Source: a virus (lineage: Duplodnaviria; Caudoviricetes). From it: a DNA stretch of 64,000 nt. The stretch spans positions 17,256 through 81,255 of the IMG/VR virus record IMGVR_UViG_2740891861_000008; one strand, 5' to 3'. Positions 18,841 to 28,485 of this stretch are shown here, piece by piece; the stretch's first letter is position 1, and each line of letters opens with the position of its first letter. The notes beneath the pieces are model-generated. The model made no database searches and was not told where the DNA came from. It saw only the letters and a program-made list of their open reading frames with translations. The position numbers were made by a program, and so were the translations under genes.

Positions 18841-21351
18841 CTAAACGTCACCAAGCTCGTCAAAAATGGCGTTCAATGTTGGGTTAGATGCTGCCTGTCG
18901 AACGCGGGACCTTACCGCTGTTTTGTTCAGCTCCAACCTAACGAAAGCATCGCCTTTCTTTCGGATAAGCTGAATTCGAGTAAAGCGGTCGCCATGCTTT
19001 TCCGCAAACTCAGCAAGTCCCTGCGCCTTGTACAGGTTATCAGCGCGACTGTCGTCATGCGGTTCCAGAATGTCGAAGACGAAATCCGTGCCTTTGCTCC
19101 TCACGATCAGCATGTCGGGGAACATCGGTTTCCAAGCTCCGCTCACCTGGTAGGGGATCTCAAGAGACCAGGGCTTCCTGTCGAGATTTCGTAGCCATCC
19201 AACGAAGTCATCTCGGCCCATTTCAAGCTTCAGGACGTCAGCTTCCCAAGGGTTCAGGGTTGTGCGGAACGATCCATCATATTCGACATAGAGGTGATGG
19301 CTCCATGTGGGTTCCGTGGTGTCGCGGCGAAAATCGATGGTGTCCTGCAGCCGCCAAGGTGTGCTTGAGGGGGTGGAAGACGCTGATTTCAGCTTGTCGT
19401 ACCCGGCGCGCACCTGTTCTGTAAGTTTGGAAATCGCATGTCGGTGTGCGTCATAGAGCGCTTCAAACTGAGCCTTCGACTTGTTCTCCAAAGCAGAGCG
19501 CGCTGCCGCAGATGCAGCCACGATGATTGCTTCCAGTTTCACCTCCTGACCGTCACGTTCCGCGTTTGCCTTTCGGTAAAGCTGGTGGAGGCCATACCCT
19601 TGTCCTAAGGTGCGACCTGCGTCTTCAAACTGTCGGTCGACATCGAGATCTGAGACCTCAACGGTGTAGTCCTCTTGGCCTTCCGCCATTCCGGTCACGC
19701 CCGTGACCATGACTGTGCGCAAACCAACCTTTGTAAGGGACTTGCGCGCCTTCTCGAAGTCGCCAGATGCTTTCAACACGGCAACCTGCTCGCCGATCCA
19801 TGACACGGCGTCAGCTTTGGCACCATCCCAGGCATTTGGGTCGATTCCATCCATCGTTAGTCGGCTTGCTATCGCCTGGTAACGCCGGATGTCGCTCTGT
19901 GCCCGAACCGCGTTCACGCGATAGGTGACGAGCTCTACTGCCTCGATAGCCTCGAAAACACTCTCGGTGCCGGGTCGACGGTGCAGGGTGACAAGCTTCG
20001 TCCCCTCTCCTGTCTCGGCCGGAACGATATCGTCGCTGGTTTGAAGTGCTGTGATGACCTGCTCGACGGCCGCTGCATTGAAATGAGGCAGATAAAGGTG
20101 GACGTCGTTCAGCTCGGCCGTGCTTTCGATCCTGCGCGCCAAAGGCGTCCGAACCATGCGCCCGAGAAGCTGAGCGATGTAGGTGTGGTCCTGCGCGCTA
20201 CGGAAAGACATCATGACTTCTGCCCGTGGGCAATCCCATCCGGTAGAAAGCGCCAGCTTGAAGAATACCACCGAGACGTCTGCGTCGTCGTCGATGCGAG
20301 AAGGATCGATGTAGCGGATTGCGCGGTCGCCGACCTTCAGGCCCCCTTTATCCATCAATGCATGCGCGAGCTCGGAGTCCCGAAGGGGACGGCCAATGCC
20401 ATCTTCAACCGCCTTGATCGCGTCCGCCAGGTTGGTTCGGGTGGGTGCGCCATCTTCAATCTGGATGACGAGAATGGGTCGCACAGGCCTTTCGCCCTCG
20501 TCCTTGCAGTAGGATGCCCATTGGTCGGTCATGACCTGCCATCGCCGTGCCGCCTCTTCAAGGATGCCCATTTCGGCATTCGTCGGGTTGGCGGGGTGGT
20601 GGATTAGGACACGCTCCTTGATCAGTCCGGACTTTTTCACATCCTCGACTGGCACTGGTACCTTGTGCTGGGTGTGGTCGGTGTCAGCCAGCAGCTCGTT
20701 GAAACGCTTGGGGGTTGCAGAGACGCCAATGATCAGCGGCATCTTCACCAGGCCGGTTTCCTTGTTGCCTTTGATGAACTGCTGAACGATCGTTTGTGCC
20801 GTTGCGCTGCCCTTGCCAGTGGTCATCCCACGATGGGCTTCATCGATCACCACATAGAACCTGTCCGGGATCGCGCGCGCGGTGTTCGTCAGCGTTGTCC
20901 AGATAGAATAGCTGCGCCCATCGCCGACGGTCGTGAGCAGCCGGTCGCTGGCCAGCTTTTGGGTGTTGATGAAATAGATCTTGCCACCGGCCAGGCGCTC
21001 TTCGTCGAAGCTGGCTGTGATCACCTCCAGCTGCCCGACCCGGTAGACCTTGTCGGACTGACGTTCGATCTTGAGCTTCGTCTGCTCATTCAGCTCGGGC
21101 ATGTCCGACACCCAGAGGATGACCGCATCCGGCTGGGGTACCCAATCCAGCGGCCAGTCCAGCTGTTCGTCGGGCTGGTCGAGGATCGCCTCGAACAAGG
21201 CCGTCATGATGATCGTCTTGCCGCTTCCTGTGGGCGCGGACAGTGTGATGGCCTGCGGGGCTTCAGGCGACGCCGCGGGACGGGCCAGCATCAGCCGCTT
21301 TCGAAGGTTGTGCAGGGCATCCTTCTGGAAATCGAACAGTTCAATCTTCAT
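18841..21351 (-). CDS. res: Type III restriction endonuclease Res subunit
   Basis: APTGSGKT, IDEAH, TGWDCPRA, QLLGRMVR; C-terminal PD..EPH nuclease-like motif; ATGA overlap with mod. Confidence 0.88.
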   Translation of the reverse strand: MKIELFDFQKDALHNLRKRLMLARPAASPEAPQAITLSAPTGSGKTIIMTALFEAILDQPDEQLDWPLDWVPQPDAVILWVSDMPELNEQTKLKIERQSDKVYRVGQLEVITASFDEERLAGGKIYFINTQKLASDRLLTTVGDGRSYSIWTTLTNTARAIPDRFYVVIDEAHRGMTTGKGSATAQTIVQQFIKGNKETGLVKMPLIIGVSATPKRFNELLADTDHTQHKVPVPVEDVKKSGLIKERVLIHHPANPTNAEMGILEEAARRWQVMTDQWASYCKDEGERPVRPILVIQIEDGAPTRTNLADAIKAVEDGIGRPLRDSELAHALMDKGGLKVGDRAIRYIDPSRIDDDADVSVVFFKLALSTGWDCPRAEVMMSFRSAQDHTYIAQLLGRMVRTPLARRIESTAELNDVHLYLPHFNAAAVEQVITALQTSDDIVPAETGEGTKLVTLHRRPGTESVFEAIEAVELVTYRVNAVRAQSDIRRYQAIASRLTMDGIDPNAWDGAKADAVSWIGEQVAVLKASGDFEKARKSLTKVGLRTVMVTGVTGMAEGQEDYTVEVSDLDVDRQFEDAGRTLGQGYGLHQLYRKANAERDGQEVKLEAIIVAASAAARSALENKSKAQFEALYDAHRHAISKLTEQVRAGYDKLKSASSTPSSTPWRLQDTIDFRRDTTEPTWSHHLYVEYDGSFRTTLNPWEADVLKLEMGRDDFVGWLRNLDRKPWSLEIPYQVSGAWKPMFPDMLIVRSKGTDFVFDILEPHDDSRADNLYKAQGLAEFAEKHGDRFTRIQLIRKKGDAFVRLELNKTAVRSRVRQAASNPTLNAIFDELGDV

Positions 21352-23900
21352 GCGACGCCCCCGATGCCAGCAGCGGCATCTTCCGCCCGCGTATTGATTG
21401 TAAAGTTCACGAGGTAGTCCCGGTAGAGCTGAACGAACTCGACGTCCGGGTTACGGGCGATCAAGGCGATGCGCAGTTCCCCTGAAATCGCTCGGAAGGC
21501 CTCCTCTGCATCCGTCACGACGTAGACATGCCGCAGTGCTTCCCTGGCCAGCAGGGCTTCGCGAAAAGCCGTCACGCGTGTCTCATTCAGCAAGACTGCG
21601 AACGGGCTGCTTTCCGGAACGAAGACATCCGGCAAGGGGCCTTCAGGCAAGGTAGGCGACGGGCCGATGGCCCCCGACTTCATCCACAGTAGAGGCAGGA
21701 TTTCCCTGAAGGCCGCACCAAGCTCCACCCGGTCTTTGTCGAGGAAGTCGAGCTTGAAGTACGCGACGTTCGCAGGAAACCCTGCCGACATCGGGCGCTT
21801 TTCCTCATCCTGGACGATCAACGGGCCAAGCAGGTCATCCACTTGGGCCTTGAGAGCTTTGAACTGCTTCTCATCCCCGGCAACTATATAGAAATCAGAA
21901 ATGTGGTCTTTGTCCTCCAAAGCCTCCAGCCACTCAGCAGCAGCATCAGGTTCGAACAGGACGGACGCCGTGTGATCTTCGGATACAATGAATCGGCAGC
22001 CAAGAGTGACACTGCTCTGAGGTAGTGCCTCGATCATTGCGACAAGTGCTAGCTTCTTCTTGTGCGCAGCTCTGTGAGCTTTCTTCGCGGCTGCTCCCTG
22101 TAAGCCAGCTTCAACGATCAAGTCACTTGGAGACACAAAAGCCGCGTGGCGGTACGTCCTGCGCTTCTCTTTCTCAACTAAACGACCGGTGAGAAACTCG
22201 CCGCTTAATTCGGACCCATCGTCGCGTTTGCCAAGGACCGTGAATTTCGTTCGTGGCCAAGTGACAGATCGGCAAACGCCGTGGCGCTCCCATTTCACAT
22301 GCCCCGGGTCAAATCCGTCGTTTGAAAGCGCTGCTGCCTCCTTGGCCGAGACTTCATTGTTGGTGACCAGCAAGCAGCGTCGATTGCCTTGATCAATATC
22401 ATTGATCAATGTGACCGCATTCAATGTGGTACCGCTTCCAGCGAAGAAGTCGACAATTAAGGCATCCTTTCGATCGCCAATGATTGGTAGCAAAGAATCT
22501 CTGACAGCGTAGACTGACTTTGGAAATGCAAAGATGCCGCGCTTATTCAGCACTTTGTGCAGCAGAGTCGTTCCGTGGGTTCCGGCGTCGTGTAGCGTAT
22601 CCCACCATACAGTCTTGACCTTTGTCTTGTTCGGCTTTCTTTCCCATATATTGATCGTCCACGTCTTTTTCTTCTTGTTGAACTTTCCTAGAACGACACG
22701 CTCTGAGTCTATCAATTCCTGCATTTTGGGGGATACAAAGCGCCAGCAGCGATGATTTCCATCATGGTCGATCGGCCAAATTGGCTTCAATCCGTCCGGA
22801 TCAAGGGAAAAGTCAGGCTCTTGGCCGAGTGGAATACTTGGCCCAGTCCGAACTACCTTTCCTGCCGACTCGTCAATATATATTGGATAGAATTGGTTCC
22901 ATCTTTGATGCCGATAGCTCGATTCGCTACCCCGTCGTCTTGCATGCCTCTTTTCCCAAAGATGTGCAAAAACAGGATTCAAGTGTGACCGGTCTGAGGC
23001 GTCGATTGTTACTTCTTCGTCAACATCCTCCTCAGATTCATTGCCTTCCTCATCGGCAGCGTGATCTAGGGAGATGCCTTGTGCAACGCCGCCTTCGACG
23101 TTAGGGAAGCAATAGATTGCCTGTTCTTCGACGCGAGCAAAGTTGGCTTTTCCAGTTCCCTTCGGATTGATCACAATCGTTACCATTTGCCGGAGATACT
23201 CAGGGAAGCACTCTGAAAGCAAAACGCCTAGGTTGAAAAGCTCGTTTTCATCGATTGTGACAATCAATACGCCGGTCAAGGGCTTTAGTAATCGCTTAGC
23301 AAGTTGAAGTCGCTTTTGCATCATTGACAGCCACTTGCTATGTCTCCAGCTGTCCGCCCGATCCACGAAATCGTTATTGTACTTCCAGTCGCGCGCGCCA
23401 GAGTTGTATGGCGGATCGATGTAAATGCAGTCTACCTTGCCCGCGTAAAGGTATTCCAGAAGCTGCAGTGCGTGGTAATTGTCGGCCTCAATCAGCGTGT
23501 GCCACGGCGCATCGGCTGGGCCGTTCTGCACGGCGTCCATGGGCGTGAGGGTCGGAAAGATCGGGTCTCCGAATTGCTTGACCACCACCAACTCAGCGAC
23601 TGGCAGGGTCATCCTTTCCCCTGCGCTTTCCTTGTCACCCGCCTGCCGCGGCTTCATCAGATGCGCGGTACCGCCTTCAATCCGTCGAACGCGCCAGGTC
23701 TCGTTCAATGATCCGGAGCGCTTCGCGACCAGGTCACCCTTCCGAGGCTTGGCGCTGTAGATGGGAACCACCTCAGGCAGGTGTTGTTCGAAGACCAGTC
23801 CGAACTTCTTGTGCCGTGTCGCGGCCTCCCATTCGCGCGTGATGCGTTCCCGCAGCTTGGGGTCAGTGATCTGGTTCAACAGGTCATGTATCGCGGCCAT
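21348..23900 (-). CDS. mod: Type III RM methyltransferase Mod subunit
   Basis: KKFGLVFE N terminus, YIDPPYN, FPKS, DFFAGSGT; lower-GC central TRD. Confidence 0.9.
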   Translation of the reverse strand: MAAIHDLLNQITDPKLRERITREWEAATRHKKFGLVFEQHLPEVVPIYSAKPRKGDLVAKRSGSLNETWRVRRIEGGTAHLMKPRQAGDKESAGERMTLPVAELVVVKQFGDPIFPTLTPMDAVQNGPADAPWHTLIEADNYHALQLLEYLYAGKVDCIYIDPPYNSGARDWKYNNDFVDRADSWRHSKWLSMMQKRLQLAKRLLKPLTGVLIVTIDENELFNLGVLLSECFPEYLRQMVTIVINPKGTGKANFARVEEQAIYCFPNVEGGVAQGISLDHAADEEGNESEEDVDEEVTIDASDRSHLNPVFAHLWEKRHARRRGSESSYRHQRWNQFYPIYIDESAGKVVRTGPSIPLGQEPDFSLDPDGLKPIWPIDHDGNHRCWRFVSPKMQELIDSERVVLGKFNKKKKTWTINIWERKPNKTKVKTVWWDTLHDAGTHGTTLLHKVLNKRGIFAFPKSVYAVRDSLLPIIGDRKDALIVDFFAGSGTTLNAVTLINDIDQGNRRCLLVTNNEVSAKEAAALSNDGFDPGHVKWERHGVCRSVTWPRTKFTVLGKRDDGSELSGEFLTGRLVEKEKRRTYRHAAFVSPSDLIVEAGLQGAAAKKAHRAAHKKKLALVAMIEALPQSSVTLGCRFIVSEDHTASVLFEPDAAAEWLEALEDKDHISDFYIVAGDEKQFKALKAQVDDLLGPLIVQDEEKRPMSAGFPANVAYFKLDFLDKDRVELGAAFREILPLLWMKSGAIGPSPTLPEGPLPDVFVPESSPFAVLLNETRVTAFREALLAREALRHVYVVTDAEEAFRAISGELRIALIARNPDVEFVQLYRDYLVNFTINTRAEDAAAGIGGVA

Positions 23901-24164
23901 TTGTTTCGCCGTCTTTCCTTGAGGTTAATCGAACGCACTCTGCGGGATTCGTGTCGGGCTTCCAAAGCGTTACCTTCGCCCGTTTCCTTGGGCTGCGCAA
24001 CGCGTCGGGGCGGTTGATCGACCCCGGTGTGTGGGTTTTCGACAGGGTCGCAGTGAGCGCGACGTGTGCCTTCGGTCGAGCGCCCAAATGTTGGGGCATT
24101 GTCGGCAGCGCGGGGCCTTCGGTTCGCGGGTCGCCAATGCACCTCTTTCCTTCTCCTGACTGGA

Positions 24165-24854
24165 TCATCGCACCTCCCACACCTCGCCGTTGTCGAGCTG
24201 CTTGACGAAATCCACCGTTGCGCCGTTCCAGTGATAGGCGAAATGCGCGCCTTGGGTGGGGATCGGGATCACGTCGGGCCAGAAGACGGCGATGCACTGG
24301 CCCTCGGGATAGCGGATGCTGGGCCAGGTGATGCCGTTTGATCCGGCCGCGCGTCGCTCGGCCCCGAAGACCTGGGACGCGCGGTAGTCGTTGGCGTCCA
24401 GCAGGTCGGCGCGGCCGGTGGCGTCGTCCAGATCGGCATCGACGGACCCGATCAGTTCGCGGAACTGCGACGTCCAGCCCGGCGACTCGTTCGTGGCGCG
24501 CATGAAGCGCGTATGGTGGTGGATGGTTTCGGCGATGGCCACTTCGGTGCGGTCGCCCGCGTAGTAGAGGCCAAAGCTGCCGTCCGAAAACCGCCCCGGC
24601 CGCAGGGGCGAGCAATGGACGAAGGGTGCTATGACCCAGCTGGCGCCGGGCCCGGTCACGCGGCGTGCGACCGGCACCTTCGACAGATCACCGATGCTGT
24701 CGCGGATGCGCGGGTTGAACTTGGCTTCGGCCGAGGCCAGCGCCTCCCAATCGGCGGGGTCGGCGATGTCTTCGAACAGGTCGATGGGCGGGTGGATCGA
24801 GCGGATGATGCGGACAGTGCGTGGCCATGTCACGCGGCGGACAGGCACATTCAC
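24165..24854 (-). CDS. RES-domain toxin (GTG start)
   Basis: GRFSDGSFGLYY, AIAET and WPSIR motifs; GTGA overlap with the antitoxin. Confidence 0.88.
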   Translation of the reverse strand: MNVPVRRVTWPRTVRIIRSIHPPIDLFEDIADPADWEALASAEAKFNPRIRDSIGDLSKVPVARRVTGPGASWVIAPFVHCSPLRPGRFSDGSFGLYYAGDRTEVAIAETIHHHTRFMRATNESPGWTSQFRELIGSVDADLDDATGRADLLDANDYRASQVFGAERRAAGSNGITWPSIRYPEGQCIAVFWPDVIPIPTQGAHFAYHWNGATVDFVKQLDNGEVWEVR

Positions 24855-25264
24855 CAGGCACCCCGTTCTGCATCCAGATAGGCGCGCAGGTCGATCAGGT
24901 CGGTGATCTCGCCGCGCATCATGATGTCCAGCGCGCTGCGACCGCCGAGGGCTGTGCTGGGTTTGCGGATCCACGCATAGCCGCGGGTGGGTTCGGTGAA
25001 GAGGTACCGCAGCGCCTTGTGGATCCCCATCAGGATCGCCATCCGCGCGCGCAGGTCCCGGTCGATGCGCCCGATGTCGCCGGTCTTCCAGCGCGCCCAT
25101 GTGCGCTGGGCCATGTCGCCCAGTAGCACGCGCGCCTCGCCATCCGTCAGGCCCCAGGCGCGGAACAGGTTGACGGTGGTGCGCGCCAGCGCAGCCGCTT
25201 CCTCGTCGGTGATGACAGGAAGGCCAGGGCGCGCGATGATCGGCTGGACCGTGGCGAACTGCAT
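24851..25264 (-). CDS. Xre/MbcA/ParS-type antitoxin
   Basis: N-terminal HTH; C-terminal WIRKP..LGGRSALD..RAYLDAERG; AGGAG RBS. Confidence 0.88.
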   Translation of the reverse strand: MQFATVQPIIARPGLPVITDEEAAALARTTVNLFRAWGLTDGEARVLLGDMAQRTWARWKTGDIGRIDRDLRARMAILMGIHKALRYLFTEPTRGYAWIRKPSTALGGRSALDIMMRGEITDLIDLRAYLDAERGAW

Positions 25265-25322
25265 GGTCGTTCTCCTTTGGCATCAAGATAGTCATTATGT
25301 GCCAAAAGGCAATGACGATCCG

Positions 25323-26000
25323 TTACCCGGACGGACGCACCCTCGCCCAAGGGGCGGGACGGGGCATCGCGGCTGTAACATCAACCTCGCGCAGCATCCC
25401 GCCCGCGATTAGCCCCTCCCGGACCCAGCCCAGCGCCTGCCACCATTCGTCATATCCCCGCCGGGCGGCCTCGATCTGCTGGGGATGGGGCGAGAACGTG
25501 ACCGGGCAGGCCAGGATGTCGATGGTCTTCCATGTGGCACGGGCGCCCGCGCCACGCACGCGGATGCGCTCCGTTCCCACGACGATGGCGCCCGCATGTG
25601 TGCCATGCTGGTTCTGTTTCACGATGGTCGGCACGCAGCGCGGCACAGCGCCGGGCATCCAGTCCGGGGTCAGCCCGGCGCGGGCCAGTTCGGCAACGCG
25701 GATCGCCATGCGCTTGCCGCCGAGGCTGTCTGGGATACCGGCGACGGTGGCGGCGATCACTTCGGCGTCCTCGTGGGTGTAGCCGCCGATCTTGTGCTGG
25801 CCGCCGTCGATCTTGCAGCCCAACACGGCGCGCTGGAGGAGGACGTATTCCAGACCGAAGCCGAAGCCTTCCTCGGTGATGTCCGGGGGCAGGGGCAGTT
25901 CAAGCTGCGCCTGTTCCACTCGGAACGCCCATTCCAGCGCCGCCTGCACGCCCAGCGCGCGCTTGATCCTGGTGCCGCTGACGCGGCCGTGGAAGCTCAT
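25323..26000 (-). CDS. Phage hypothetical protein (late-regulator position)
   Basis: 225 aa, LEWAF and HEDAE motifs, last gene of the replication operon. Confidence 0.65.
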   Translation of the reverse strand: MSFHGRVSGTRIKRALGVQAALEWAFRVEQAQLELPLPPDITEEGFGFGLEYVLLQRAVLGCKIDGGQHKIGGYTHEDAEVIAATVAGIPDSLGGKRMAIRVAELARAGLTPDWMPGAVPRCVPTIVKQNQHGTHAGAIVVGTERIRVRGAGARATWKTIDILACPVTFSPHPQQIEAARRGYDEWWQALGWVREGLIAGGMLREVDVTAAMPRPAPWARVRPSG

Positions 26001-27085
26001 GGCTGCAATCCTTCAAGGAAATCCATCTGCGCCGGGCGCTGGGCCGCCTCGGTCGGCCCCCAGATCCACGGGCCGGAGGCCATGGGCAGCTGCGAGAGAG
26101 CGCCACGCATGTGCTGCTGCCAGAGGGTGAACTCCGTTGCCGAGCAGGCGCAGAGCGCGTGCCCGATGGGCCAGCCCATCAGCCATCCGACGAAGAGCGG
26201 GTTCAGCCGCCGCCGCGACCGGCCCTTCAGGATCCGCCGCGAGGTGACGCGCCCATGCGAGGCAATCATCGAAGCCCAAAGCGGGCGCGAGATCGGGGCG
26301 TGCGGCGAGGACCGCCGCCCATCCGGCAAGGTCACCGGGGCCGGGCGGGTGAAGCCCTGTTCCGCCCGGTAGTGCAGCAGGTCCATCCGGGACTTGCCGT
26401 CGCTGCGCGTGATGCTGGCCTCGCTCGATCCCTTCCAGTTCTGCGCGGCCGGGGTTGGCCAGTGGTTCGGCAGGGCTTTCGCGATGCCCAGCGCCAGCGC
26501 CTCGGCCTTCCGGGTAAAGTCGCTGTTGCCGGCCGGGTTGTAGCGGCCGGTGCCGGGATGCAGGCTCATCGGTGTGGGCCAGGATGAAGATCCGCAGTCG
26601 CTCATGCGGCGCGCCGACCTCTGCCGCCGAGAACAGACCCGCCGCAGGCGTGTAGCCCAATCCCCAAAGCTCTCGCAGGACAGTTTCAAGGCCGAGGGTG
26701 ACGTGACCGGCGACGTTTTCCAGGAAGACCCATTCCGGGCGGCATTCGCCGATGACGCGGGCGACGTCGGGCCAGAGGTGGCGAGGATCGTCGGCGCCGC
26801 CGCGTTTCCCGGCCGCGCTGAAGGGCTGGCAAGGGTATCCGGCCAGGACGGCATCGAAGGCGCCGCGGACGGGCCGGGCATCGAAGCTGCGCAGGTCGGT
26901 CCAGATTGGGGCCGGGACGAAATACCCCGCGCGCTGGGCGGCGATGAGGACCGCCCTTGGCCAGTCCTCCCATTCGACGAAGGCGCGGGTGTGATAGCCG
27001 GGTTCGGCGAGCATGAGGCCCAGATCAAGGCCTCCGCCGCCTGCACAGAGGGACAATCCGTGCCGGGGACGTGACACCATGCCAT
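25997..27085 (-). CDS. Overlapping alternative-frame ORF: putative beta subunit of the C5 MTase (true start may be internal)
   Basis: WPTP repeats and LNPLFVGWLMGWP (motif IX-like); its stop forms an ATGA overlap with the next gene. Confidence 0.65.
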   Translation of the reverse strand: MAWCHVPGTDCPSVQAAEALIWASCSPNPAITPAPSSNGRTGQGRSSSPPSARGISSRPQSGPTCAASMPGPSAAPSMPSWPDTLASPSARPGNAAAPTILATSGPTSPASSANAARNGSSWKTSPVTSPSALKLSCESFGDWATRLRRVCSRRQRSARRMSDCGSSSWPTPMSLHPGTGRYNPAGNSDFTRKAEALALGIAKALPNHWPTPAAQNWKGSSEASITRSDGKSRMDLLHYRAEQGFTRPAPVTLPDGRRSSPHAPISRPLWASMIASHGRVTSRRILKGRSRRRLNPLFVGWLMGWPIGHALCACSATEFTLWQQHMRGALSQLPMASGPWIWGPTEAAQRPAQMDFLEGLQP

Positions 27086-27089
27086 TCAC
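26013..27089 (-). CDS. DNA (cytosine-5) methyltransferase, alpha chain
   Basis: LCAGGGG (I), GYPCQPFS (IV), ENV (VI), HERLR (VIII), LLGNGV (X); no motif IX seen. Confidence 0.9.
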   Translation of the reverse strand: MNGMVSRPRHGLSLCAGGGGLDLGLMLAEPGYHTRAFVEWEDWPRAVLIAAQRAGYFVPAPIWTDLRSFDARPVRGAFDAVLAGYPCQPFSAAGKRGGADDPRHLWPDVARVIGECRPEWVFLENVAGHVTLGLETVLRELWGLGYTPAAGLFSAAEVGAPHERLRIFILAHTDEPASRHRPLQPGRQQRLYPEGRGAGAGHRESPAEPLANPGRAELEGIERGQHHAQRRQVPDGPAALPGGTGLHPPGPGDLAGWAAVLAARPDLAPALGFDDCLAWARHLAADPEGPVAAAAEPALRRMADGLAHRARALRLLGNGVHPLAAAHAWRSLAAAHGLRPVDLGADRGGPAPGADGFP

Positions 27090-28093
27090 CGCACCCCGCG
27101 CTCGCGCAGGCGTTCGGCCGTGACCAGCCCGCGGGCCAGCATCGCGTCGCGCATGGTGTTGCTGATCGCGCTGACCGGCAGGTAGCGGTCGGAATTGACC
27201 AGATCGGCGTAGAAGGCTGGCAAGTCGGTGATCGGCTTTGCCGTTGGGGCGGGGGCCGCCTTGGGCTTTCTGCGCTTCCGTCCCGCATCCTCGACCTTGC
27301 GCCCTGCTGCGCGCTGCATTGCCCGGTCCAATGCCTTCGGCCCATCGGGCGGTTCGGGATGTTTCTCGCGGCTTGCCTCGGCCGCAGCGATGATCTCCGC
27401 CTCGGTCAACCCCAGCTCGTCACGCCAGCGCTGGACGTGCAGCCGGGGCGGCCAGCCTTGCCACCAGCCGGGCAGTGCCGCGGGGTCGAGGCCGAGTGCT
27501 GCGAGCAGATCCCCGAAAACCTCATCGGAAATCGCCTCGCGCGCTTGCGCGCCCTCCTCCTCCTTTACTGGTTTACTTAGAGGTTCCCTTACAGGGTTAG
27601 TGTCCGAAATCCGGACACGGCTTTCGGCGTTTTCCGGACACGGGTCGGCGGGAAAATCGGACACGGCTCCGGCACAACTCCCGTGTCCGAAATCCGGACA
27701 CGGCAGGGCATCGGACCCGTCGTCGAGGGGCGAAAGGCCTGCATCATCATTGCTTTCTGCACCCTCTGCTTCCCCGTGTCCGATTTCCGGACACGGCACC
27801 ACAGCCACAGGTGTGAACCCCGGCTCGAACCCCAGGATGTAGCGGGTGGGCAGCTGGCGCTTGGTCACGGGATCGAGCCGCGGCACCCGGCGCAGCAGAC
27901 CCACGGCCTCGAGCTGGCCAAGGTGATCGTTCAGTGTGGACCGGCTGATCTCGCAGTCATGCGCCAGCCGGTCCTGCGAGGGGAAGCAGCCGTAGTCGGG
28001 GTTGAACCGGTCGCAGAGATGCCAGAGGACGATCTTGGTCGTCGGCTTCAGCCCGCGCTGCTTGATGGCCCAGTTGGTGGCCTCGTGGCTCAT
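27086..28093 (-). CDS. Phage replication initiator with N-terminal winged HTH
   Basis: CFPSQDRLAHDCEISRST HTH; internal iterons. Confidence 0.8.
   Translation of the reverse strand: MSHEATNWAIKQRGLKPTTKIVLWHLCDRFNPDYGCFPSQDRLAHDCEISRSTLNDHLGQLEAVGLLRRVPRLDPVTKRQLPTRYILGFEPGFTPVAVVPCPEIGHGEAEGAESNDDAGLSPLDDGSDALPCPDFGHGSCAGAVSDFPADPCPENAESRVRISDTNPVREPLSKPVKEEEGAQAREAISDEVFGDLLAALGLDPAALPGWWQGWPPRLHVQRWRDELGLTEAEIIAAAEASREKHPEPPDGPKALDRAMQRAAGRKVEDAGRKRRKPKAAPAPTAKPITDLPAFYADLVNSDRYLPVSAISNTMRDAMLARGLVTAERLRERGVR
27600..27797. repeat. Palindromic iterons CCGTGTCCG-N5-CGGACACGG (putative phage ori)
   Basis: Full copies at 27681 and 27774, near-full at 27600, half-sites near 27635 and 27658, all inside the initiator gene. 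Confidence 0.7.
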
Positions 28094-28485
28094 GGCGCGG
28101 ACCTCCGCGGGGCAGGGGCGATGCGCGTGGTGAAGCCGTGATCCGCCAGCGCGCCCAGCGCGTCATCGAGGCTGCGGACCAGCGCCCAGCCAAACCCCTG
28201 TGCCTTCACAGCATCGCGGAACGCCTCCTGCTCCGGCCGCAGCCGCCCCTTCGGGGCCTTCAGTTCGAGGAACAGGACGCGGCCGTCGCAGATCACCATC
28301 AGATCGGCGAACCCGGCATGGACGCCCATGCCGACAAGGATCGCCTGGCGCTTGGCCCCGCGGGGCCCGGCCTCGGTCACCTCATTGGCGCAGTGGTGGA
28401 TGATCGCCGAGCGGGGAAGGGCGATGCGCAGGGCCTGCACGACGGCACGCTGAAGATCGGCCTCGGGGGTGCCACGGCGCATCAT
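28090..28485 (-). CDS. VRR-NUC domain nuclease
   Basis: GFADL..FLELK..GRLRPEQ motif. Confidence 0.88.
   Translation of the reverse strand: MMRRGTPEADLQRAVVQALRIALPRSAIIHHCANEVTEAGPRGAKRQAILVGMGVHAGFADLMVICDGRVLFLELKAPKGRLRPEQEAFRDAVKAQGFGWALVRSLDDALGALADHGFTTRIAPAPRRSAP

Noticed and set aside
24854-25295. N-terminal extension of the RES ORF to 376 aa
   Set aside because: Overlaps the antitoxin in another frame; the GTG at 24854 gives the usual size and coupling
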